Assembly (NCBI GenBank): GCA_002269645.1
Contig: NIVC01002057.1
Coordinates: 90,912-154,911, forward strand
Length of the DNA stretch: 64,000 nucleotides
From: Macrostomum lignano
Taxonomy: Eukaryota
Reading direction: 5' to 3'
Shown: piece after piece, positions 54,858 to 64,000 of the stretch
Position numbering within the stretch: position 1 is the stretch's first letter
How the letters are laid out: every line of letters starts with the position of its first letter
Program-made: the position numbers and the translations under genes
The notes under the pieces: model-generated
What the model was told of the DNA's origin: nothing
Seen by the model: only the letters and a program-made list of their open reading frames with translations
Database searches by the model: none

Positions 54858-55335
54858 GGGACTACGGGATCTAGAACTGGGGACTATGGGATCTAGAACT
54901 GGGACTATGGGATCTAGAACTGGGACTATGGGATCTAGAACTGGGGACTATGGGATCTAGAACTGGGACTATGGGATCTAGAACTGGGACTATGGGATCT
55001 AGAACTGGGACTATGGATCTAGAACTGGGACTATGGGATCTAGAACTGGGACTATGGATCTAGAACTGGGACTATGGGATCTAGAACTGGGGACTATGGG
55101 ATCTAGAACTGGGACTATGGGATCTAGAACTGGGACTATGGGATCTAGAACTGGGACTATGGATCTAGAACTGGGACTATGGGATCTAGAACTGGGACTA
55201 TGGGATCTAGAACTGGGACTATGGGATCTAGAACTGGGACTATGGGATCTAGAACTGGGACTATGGGATCTAGAACTGGGACTATGGGATCTAGAACCGG
55301 GACTAAGTGATTTAGAACTGGGACTATGGGATCTA
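54858..55335. repeat. 21-bp minisatellite downstream of the UFC1 stop
   Basis: Unit gggactatgggatctagaact. Confidence 0.94.
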
Positions 55336-55481
55336 AAATCGTGATCATGGGCCTACGAATTAACAATATTAGGGTTGAGATTAAAAGAAAAAATCTCGAC
55401 AACGATTTTTAAAGGATTTACCAAAAAGCACAGCAATGACACACAACAATGATTGAATAAATAAGAATTATCAGCCGTAGC

Positions 55482-57460
55482 TCAGCTATCCTGGTCATCC
55501 TTGTGCACAACAACACCGCGGGCAATGAGGTCGGGTATCTCCACCGCTAGCCAAGGCCCCAGGCCGAGTGCCATGGCCTGGGCGATGCCAAATTTTGGTA
55601 CATTTCTGGCCCACAGCGGTTTGAAATGATCGGTGAGACAGATGCGACCGCCGCGATACATTTTAGCGGTTTTGCCGTCCAACTCGGGGATCGCGATCTC
55701 CGGAGCGGTTGTGGGATAAGTCACCGGGATGTCGAACTCTACGTTGAACTCGTATCTGCCGGGGTTTGTACTCGAAATTTCATTACAATAGTTGAGTGCG
55801 AGATGGGGAGTAGGGATATGGTAGGCTGCAGCAATATTTGGTGTTCATGTAGACTAATCTATTAATTAGATTAGAAAACTAATCATTAGGGAGGGGCGTG
55901 AGGCGGAAATTCACAACCCAATCACCTAGACTCCTAGAGAGAGTAGATATTCACAACCCAATCACCTAGACTCCTAGAGAGAGTAGATATTCACAACCCA
56001 ATCACCTAGACTCCTAGAGGGGGTGGAAATTCACAACCCAATCACCTAGACTCCTAGAGAGAGTAGATATTCACAACCCAATCACCTAGACTCCTAGAGG
56101 GGGTGGAAATTCACAACCCAATCACCTAGACTCCTAGAGGGGGTGGAAATTCACAACCCAATCACCTAGACTCCTAGAGGGGGTGGAAATTCACAACCCA
56201 ATCACCTAGACTCCTAGAGAGAGTAGATATTCACAACCCAATCACCTAGACTCCTAGAGAGAGTAGATATTCACAACCCAATCACCTAGACTCCTAGAGG
56301 GGGTGGAAATTCACAACCCAATCACCTAGACTCCTAGAGGGGGTGGAAATTCACAACCCAATCACCTAGACTCCTAGAGGGGTGGAAATTCACAACCCAA
56401 TCACCTAGACTCCTAGAGAGAGTAGATATTCACAACCCAATCACCTAGACTCCTAGAGGGGGTGGAAATTCACAACCCAATCACCTAGACTCCTAGAGAG
56501 AGTAGATATTCACAACCCAATCACCTAGACTCCTAGAGAGAGTAGATATTCACAACCCAATCACCTAGACTCCTAGAGGGGGTGGAAATTCACAACCCAA
56601 TCACCTAGACTCCTAGAGGGGGTGGAAATTCACAACCCAATCACCTAGACTCCTAGAGGGGGTGGAAATTCACAACCCAATCACCTAGACTCCTAGAGAG
56701 AGTAGATATTCACAACCCAATCACCTAGACTCCTAGAGGGGGTGGAAATTCACAACCCAATCACCTAGACTCCTAGAGGGGTGTGAAAATTCACAACCCA
56801 ATCACCTAGACTCCTAGAGGGGCGGAAATTCACAACCCAATCACCTAGACTCCTAGAGGGGTGGAAATTCACAACCCAATCACCTAGACTCCTAGAGAGA
56901 GTAGATATTCACAACCCAATCACCTAGACTCCTAGAGGGGTGGAAATTCACAACCCAATCACCTAGACTCCTAGAGGGGTGAAAATTCACAACCCAATCA
57001 CCTAGACTCCTAGAGGGGGTGAAAATTCACAACCCAATCACCTAGACTCCTAGAGGGGGTGAAAATTCACAACCCAATCACCTAGACTCCTAGAGGGGCG
57101 GAAATTCACAACCCAATCATCTAGGGGGCGGAAATTCACAACCCAATCATCTAGGGGCGGAAATTCACAACTCAAACCAACAAACGTTGGTTAAAGCTGA
57201 AAGCAGGGAAAGCCAGTAAGCAATTCCCACCTTTTAAGCTGGTCATAGTACCAACACTTGCCAAACCAGCGAGTGCCTTCCTGATTTGACTCCAATCGGA
57301 ACCAGTCATTGTCTGCCTGTTTATTAGTCTGCACATACTGGATGAGGGCCTGGTATTCCTCCTTGAGCCGCTGGACCCAGAGATCTGCATCTCTTGGACC
57401 AGCTTTGGTCTTTAACAGCGGAATTGCTGCCAAAGTCTTCTTTGTTGCTTCATCAACCAT
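55482..57460 (-). CDS. UFC1: Ubiquitin-fold modifier-conjugating enzyme 1 (UFM1 E2), 167 aa
   Basis: complement(join(55482..55755,57231..57460)) = 504 nt. [79 protein letters not shown] including the catalytic Cys. Confidence 0.98.
55905..57172. repeat. 39/40-bp two-variant minisatellite filling the UFC1 intron
   Basis: Unit ttcacaacccaatcacctagactcctaga followed by either gagagtagata or gggggtggaaa; about 32 units. Confidence 0.96.
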
Positions 57461-59379
57461 TTTATGTTGGATAAGAATCTGTGCTGCAGTTATGAATTTT
57501 TAGGTGTTCTTAGGTGTTTTATGTGCACATATTAAAAATGAGTTTAAATTTCTGCATCTGAAAATTTTATATCAGGACTAAAAATAGCATTCAAAGCTGA
57601 TATATTTTATCCTTTTTCATATTTTAGTAAGTCAATAACAATATTTTGTCTATTAGGCAATAATTACCCAAATGGTTTATTATATTTTGTCATTAAGAGC
57701 TGGATTCTTGTTTAATTGTGCCACTTTTATAGCTTTCTTTTGTCCCTCTTGCCTGTCTTCCTTATTGTTTCTTTGCTTTCTTGTCTTTTTCCTGTTTGGT
57801 TGTTGATTTTTTTACTTTCCTTTGGACTGCCACAATTATATTAGCTACATTGGCTAGGTTGGCTAGCTGTTACATATATAGAAAAGGTGGATCTTAGGGA
57901 TAAAGACCCAAAGGGGGCATGCCTATATCTTTGCATGAAAATGTTGATTCCCTACTTAAAACTTTAGTCTCTACTAAAAAGGTATAGCTGCTCTTTTTTA
58001 CCTTTTTGTACCATCATTGGCTTCAAGGTCTAAGGACAAGGTGGTACAAAAGCATAATAGTTAGCTCTATATAGTTTACAAAAAAAATTACTTAGTTTAT
58101 ATATATGCATATCTAGCTAAGCCTAATATTATTTATTTGTTTGCTTTACTAGCAATCTAGTCTTGGCAGCTTAATAATTATCCTATAAGCTTTGACATCA
58201 TAGCAATTCCCCAATGATTTTTATGTTTGATTTAGTGCTACTTTCATTTTTGAAATAATGTTCTAATATAATGTTTTATTTATGCTTTTTCTTTCTGAGT
58301 TTTTAGGCCCTATACAACAAAACTTATAATAAAAATACATAGGCTATTTAAAATTCAAACCCAAGTTGCAATAATAGCAGTTTAGTCTATTCAAATCTAG
58401 GCTAAGGCCTAATGTTTATCAAATCCAACTAATACCTATGCTAGACCTATTATTCTAGCATAAGCAAAATGGATTCTAGCTAGATAGGCATTGTAACCTA
58501 AATTCTTGCTCTACTACTACTTTCTTGGACAAAGACAAAAAGCATTGACATGTCCTTTGGCCCATAGCTTATTGGGAAGGGGGCATATTTTCCTTATCTG
58601 TCTAATGATGCCCTTATATATGTAAGGCCTAGGCCTATACATAAAAGCAAATAATTATATATATAACTATAATTTATAAAAGTATAAGTATAATTAAAGT
58701 ATAACTATAAAAAATATTACTATATAATTATAAAATATAACTAGGCCTATAAATTAAATATAAAATAATGATAGGCCCTAAATATTATAAATATAACATT
58801 GAACCTTTAAAAAATGCTCAGTCACGTCAGTGCATTTAAATATAATTAATAATGCTAGGCCCAATAATGTATTTTATGCCCTAATTATTTTCAAAGATAT
58901 TAAATATACAAATCAACTATATATAAGATTCAAGGATTCAGGCATTCCTTAACAGAAAAATTGATAGAATAGTTGACAGAAAAGGTTATAAAAAGTTCAT
59001 GGCCAAAGTAATATTTGTACTAAAAAGCCTATAAGGCCTAGTGATATAGGGCCTAGGCCTAATCATCATTGGCATCAGAATTCATTTAATTAGATTACAG
59101 TTTTTTCTTACAATATATTCAGATTCAACATTGCCATTAGTATAATTTTAATAAATCATAGGGCCTAAGGCTAAGTGCAATATATATGGATACAATACAA
59201 ATGGATAGCCTAGCCTAAATGTATAACATTTTTGTTTACTAGGCTTAAGAGTAGGCCTAAGACTCAAATAGGCCTAGGCTTGTTTATACTATAGTAGGCC
59301 CTAAACTGAATAAAGACAGGTTTGCTTTGCATAGGCCTAGTTGAGAATATTACTTCACTTTTCTAATATTTAAATCAAA

Positions 59380-59960
59380 GAACTATCGGGTGAAATATCA
59401 TGCTTAGCTATAAAATAATTAAACGTGCGCTTCTTTATTAAAATTGCCGGCGTTAGGTCTAGCGCCTAGCTAATTCTTTCAAAATAGAGACTACAGCGAG
59501 ACTCTAGAGCCTAGAGGATCTTTTTAAATGCCTGTCAGAATAATATCTGCCGAGAAATACAAACATACTAAACTTCCAGTACTAACTAAGTAGAAGCCCT
59601 ACCTACCTAACGAAGCAACTAGCATTTTCGATTTTCAAATATTGACTAAATTATATAACACGTGTAAGCAAGACGAGAGTGTCGAGATGGCCAGTACAGG
59701 TTCAACACAAGTCAACGTTACTAAAACTTAAAAAAATAAATTAAGCAATACATAAGCTTTAACTACTAACTTCATACTTTAAAAATAGAATAATCTTAAA
59801 TTTTATAAGGTAAAGAAGCGATTTTTTCAATTAAAATATCACACTTTGTTTATATTTGCAAATGTTTGAGCAATGTTTTTCAACGTGGCATGTTTATAGT
59901 TTTAACAGTTTTAACGCAATGATCGCAATCCATTTCAGCCTTTTTGTGTTTGTTGCCTGA
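59380..59960. promoter_or_regulatory. Candidate divergent promoter core between UFC1 and the CPEB-like gene
   Basis: Main CpG-containing patch between two CpG-depleted AT-rich flanks of divergently oriented genes. Confidence 0.3.
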
Positions 59961-61193
59961 TGCATGGCATAGCATAGTTGTCACTTGTGACGTCTTCGTA
60001 TTAGTGCCTGCTTTCTATGCCTCTGCAGTTCGTTTCTTGTTCAAACTGTTCTCCTCTTCGGTTAATGTATTTTCAGGAATTGTACTTACTCACTTGTCAC
60101 TTAGCGATTGCTGGCCTCTGCACCGCAGTCTGCACTCTGCAGTGCATGCTAAGGCTCGTAAACTTATCTTAGCTCGTACTTATGAGTCTAGGCTATGTTC
60201 GTTGTGCGTGTGTAAATAAATTAGTTAGAATTTGTGAAACATTTGGACCATTTATCTTTAACATCTTTTAACATCGTATTAATACTGTTATGTAATGATA
60301 CTGTACTTTACTTTCAATTTATCCATTTCCAAAAAATAAAATTAGAAGTCCAGCAAAAATTTATTAGATTATTTCATACATTAGGCAGGCATTTATTTTT
60401 GCATCTGAATTAATTTGGAAATTTGATTCTTTTTATCCTAAAATATTTCTATTTTTAGAGCAATATTGATAAGTCATAGTCATAGCAAACTTAAGCTTAC
60501 AAGAAAAGTTTTTTTAAGTTTAGTAAGTAAATAAGTTAAGCAAATTAATAAGTATATAGGTTTTTTAGAGTTCGATCAGAAACATTTTTTTTGTATCTAT
60601 ATCTATCTATAAGTTATATCTTGAGAAAAATTTCTATAGCCATCCATATCCATATCTATATCCATAGCTAGTATATAAATCACAGCATGCATGTGGCATC
60701 AAAAATCTTTTGCTAAGTCCCAAATCTATTCAGGGACTTGAAAGCTCCCCTTTGAAGGTGAAAAGATTTATCTTTACCCTATATTGTCCAACTATGAATA
60801 CAATATGGATATAGTATTAAAAATCTATATTGATGGTTAAGTCTTGATTTCCAGGACTTTCCAGGAACTGGCAACATTTATTTATTTCTATTGCCCTAAC
60901 CCTATCAAGTCAATAGCTCCAATTGTCTTTCAATTCTCAATTGAGTGGTGTTACTAGATATCGGAAGTATATATTCCCATAACTATATCCATATTCATGT
61001 GCTTTGGCAAAAAACTCCATATTTGTAACTTCCCATAGCCATATCTATAGCTATATTGGAACTCTGGTTTTTTTACAATGCTTATATATACAATTTATTT
61101 TTTTCATGTGAAGGCTTAAGTTAAGTAGATATGATCTAAATATAATAACTTAATTACAAAGTATTTTTTATTTTAGCTTCACCACAAAATATC

Positions 61194-62064
61194 ATGAACT
61201 CATTCCGCACTGACACAAATGGTGCCTCATCTACTCATGTTGGCCCATCATCGAATCTGGACTTTCTCGATTTGACATCGTCCTTGGCTGCTGGTCCAGA
61301 CGTGTCTCAGCTATTAACATCGACAGCAACAGGCTCGAGTGCCTCAGCCTTTGCTAACAGCCATAGCGAAGACCCAAGCGCCACGCTGAACTTCCTCACA
61401 GCAACCACTTCCAATGCTGAATTCAACCCAGCTGTTTGCGTACCGACTTCATGCCACTGCTGCCGCCTCAGCAGCATCAGCAGCAGAGCGCTAACATCGA
61501 CTGGATGCAAACAGCTGATCAACTGCTGGCTCAGCTGACCTGCCTTCCTCCGCCATCCTCGGCTTGGCCAGAAGAGTTTCCAGGCATTCAGCAGCAGCAG
61601 TTTGCAGTGCCGCCGCCTCGCGGACAGCAGCACCAGCAGAAGCGGCCCATCACTGGCGGCGGTGGACGTTCTGGGCCGTCAAACTTCAATGGCAATTCGC
61701 AGCAGCAGCAGCAGCAGGAGGTCAGGGCCGCGGCACAAAGGATGGAGCAATGGAGGAGGACCGTCGGGGTTCTCCAGCAATGGCGGCCAGTTGTCTCCAT
61801 CAACAGCTTGGTCTGTGACAAATAAATGGCAGCAGAGACACGGTAACTCCTCGTCGTCATGGCAACAACAACAGCAAACAATTTCACAGCAACTTAGACT
61901 GGACAGGGAATCCGCTGGACAGCCTGAGGTCTTGTCTTGACAGCGTCGACGCTACAGCCGGCGCGATGGACTCCAATGGTAACGCCGCTCTCGCCGCTGT
62001 CCGCTCTGAGGAGCGATTCAGCAGGAAAGTCTTCGTTGGCGGCCTGCCGCCGACATTGACGAAG
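61194..62064 (+). CDS. CPEB: CPEB2-4/Orb2-like RNA-binding protein, first coding exon (Q/N-rich N-terminus and start of RRM1), with three apparent 1-bp deletions; rest of the gene lies beyond the window
   Basis: ERFSRKVFVGGLPP (from 62011) then, in a shifted frame, DIDE and a GT donor at 62065, matching the CPEB2-4 RRM1 start. Acceptor ttttag at 61171-61176 precedes ATG 61194. The N-terminal reconstruction is less certain. Confidence 0.72.
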
Positions 62065-62200
62065 GTCAGAGTTTGCCGGGATCGGTGTGACCGTTTCGTT
62101 CACTTTGCTGGTTGACGAGATCTTAAGATAGTGAAGCTTTGGGTTGGTGAATCTTCTACAGATCTGTGAATCTTCGGGTTAGTGAGATTGGTGATTTTTT

Positions 62201-62515
62201 GGGCTGTAGCCTAGTGGTCAGAGCGTCGGACTCACGACTGGAAGGTCGTGGGTTCGATTCTTGAACCACTCAGAACAATTTGTGTTCTTGAGGAAGACAC
62301 CTAACTCTGCATTGCTTCAGTTCACCCAGCTGTAAAATGGGTGCCAGCATTAGCTGGGTAATTGAGGCTGTGTGTGGCGACCCCCAGTCCTTGGACTGAA
62401 CAGCCGTACGCAGCCTTCAGATGCGCCGCGCAATAGCTGCGGCTGAGCTGTCGGTTGCACATCTGTATAGTGGGGCAGGGGGCAGGGGTAATCGATTGTT
62501 ATATATTATTGTTGT
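62201..62515 (+). mobile_element. tRNA-derived SINE with a CORE-like central domain, in the CPEB intron
   Basis: A box tagcctagtgg (62207-62217), B box ggttcgattc (62251-62260), then gtgttcttgaggaagacacctaac...cagttcacccagctgtaaaatggg resembling the CORE consensus. The 3' boundary is approximate. Confidence 0.78.
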
Positions 62516-62589
62516 GTTAGTAAATCTTCTATGCGTTTGTGAAACTTCCAGTTGGTGAATCTTTAGGCTTATAAATTCTCCGACTCAAG

Positions 62590-64000
62590 ATTTTCGGTTT
62601 GTGAACATTCGGGGTAGTGAATCTTCGGGTTGGTGAATCTTCGTGTTAGTAAATCTTCGGGTTGGTGAATCTTCGTGTTAGTAAATCTTCGGTTAGTGAA
62701 TCTTCGGGTTGGTGAATCTCCGGGTTGGTGAATCTTCGGTTAGTGAATCTTCGGGTTGGTGAATCTCCGGGTTGGTGAATCTTCGGGTCTTATCAGTGTC
62801 TCCTATTGGTGAATCTTCGGTTTGGTGAATCTTCGGTTTGGTGAATCTTCGGGTTGGTGAATCTTCGTGTTAGTGAATCTTCGGGTTGGTGAATCTTCGG
62901 GTTAGTGAATCTTCGGTTTGGTGAATCTTCGGGTCTTATCAGTGTCTCCTATTGGAGAATCTTCGGTTTGGTGAATCTTCGGTCTTATCAGTGTCTCCTA
63001 TTGGAGAATCTTCGGTTTGGTGAATCTTTGGGTCTTATCAGTGTCTCCTATTGGAGAATCTTCGGTTTGGTGAATCTTCGTGTTAGTAAATCTTCGGGTT
63101 AGTGAATCTTCGGGTTGGTGAATCTTCGATTTGGTGAATCTTCGGGTCTTATCAGTGTCTCCTATTGGTGAATCTTCGATTTGGTGAATCTTCGGGTCTT
63201 ATCAGTGTCTCCTATTGGTGAATCTTCGGGTTGGTGAATCTTCGGGTTGGTGAATCTTCGTGTTAGTGAATCTTCGGTTTGGTGAATCTTCGTGTTAGTG
63301 AATCTTCGGTTTGGTGAATCTTCGGGTCTTATCAGTGTCTCCTATTGGTGAATCTTCGGTTGGTGAATCTTCGGTTTGGTGAATCTTCGTGTTAGTGAAT
63401 CTTCGGTTTGGTGAATCTTCGTGTTAGTGAATCTTCGGTTGGTGAATCTCCGGGTTGGTGAATCTTCGGGTTGGTGAATCTTCGGTTGGTGAATCTTCGG
63501 TTGGTGAATCTTCGGGTTGGTGAATCTTCGTGTTAGTAAATCTTCGGGTTGGTGAATCTTCGTGTTAGTAAATCTTCGGGTTGGTGAATCTTCGTGTTAG
63601 TAAATCTTCGGGTTGGTGAATCTTCGTGTTAGTAAATCTTCGGTTGGTGAATCTTCGTGTTAGTGAATCTTCGGGTTGGTGAATCTTCGTGTTAGTAAAT
63701 CTTCGGGTTGGTGAATCTTCGTGTTAGTAAATCTTCGGGTTGGTGAATCTTCGTGTTAGTAAATCTTCGGGTTGGTGAATCTTCGTGTTAGTGAATCTTC
63801 GGGTTGGTGAATCTTCGTGTTAGTAAATCTTCGGGTTGGTGAATCTTCGTGTTAGTGAATCTTCGGGTTGGTGAATCTTCGTGTTAGTAAATCTTCGGGT
63901 TGGTGAATCTTCGTGATAGTGAATCTTCGGGTTGGTGAATCTTCGTGTTAGTAAATCTTCGGGTTGGTGAATCTTCGTGTTAGTGAATCTTCGGGTTGGT
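62590..64000. repeat. 17/18-bp minisatellite in the CPEB intron, running off the window
   Basis: Unit gtgaatcttcgggttg(g) with a longer variant containing gtcttatcagtgtctcctattg. Confidence 0.95.

Noticed and set aside
62201-62275. Functional tRNA gene
   Set aside because: The anticodon and acceptor stems pair poorly and the sequence continues into a SINE body.

Overview
Eukaryotic (metazoan) genomic DNA with GC-rich exons and introns largely filled by locus-specific minisatellites. This style suggests a free-living flatworm such as Macrostomum, but that is inference only. Nine protein-coding genes were reconstructed by hand using splice-phase arithmetic. On the + strand: a 5'-truncated M1 aminopeptidase with one frameshift, an EF-hand rhomboid protease (4 exons), a short DUF21-CBS/CNNM-type Mg2+ transporter (5 exons), a degenerate GT31-like protein (2 exons), a GT32 glycosyltransferase (4 exons) and the first coding exon of a CPEB2-4/Orb2-like gene (three apparent 1-bp deletions). 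On the - strand: TMEM94 (13 exons, about 1388 aa), UXS1 (3 exons, with a GC-AG intron) and UFC1 (2 exons, 167 aa). Mobile DNA comprises a decayed 5'-truncated LINE inside a TMEM94 intronic minisatellite, three non-autonomous TIR elements with target-site duplications or flanking direct repeats, and a tRNA-derived CORE-like SINE. Main leads: a different private minisatellite in most introns, some carrying decoy poly(A) or splice signals; possible trans-spliced operons; CpG-desert and TAGGCCTA-rich flanks around two divergent promoters; and two Mg2+-transport genes clustered with glycosylation genes. Most long ORFs in the supplied track are repeat artefacts.
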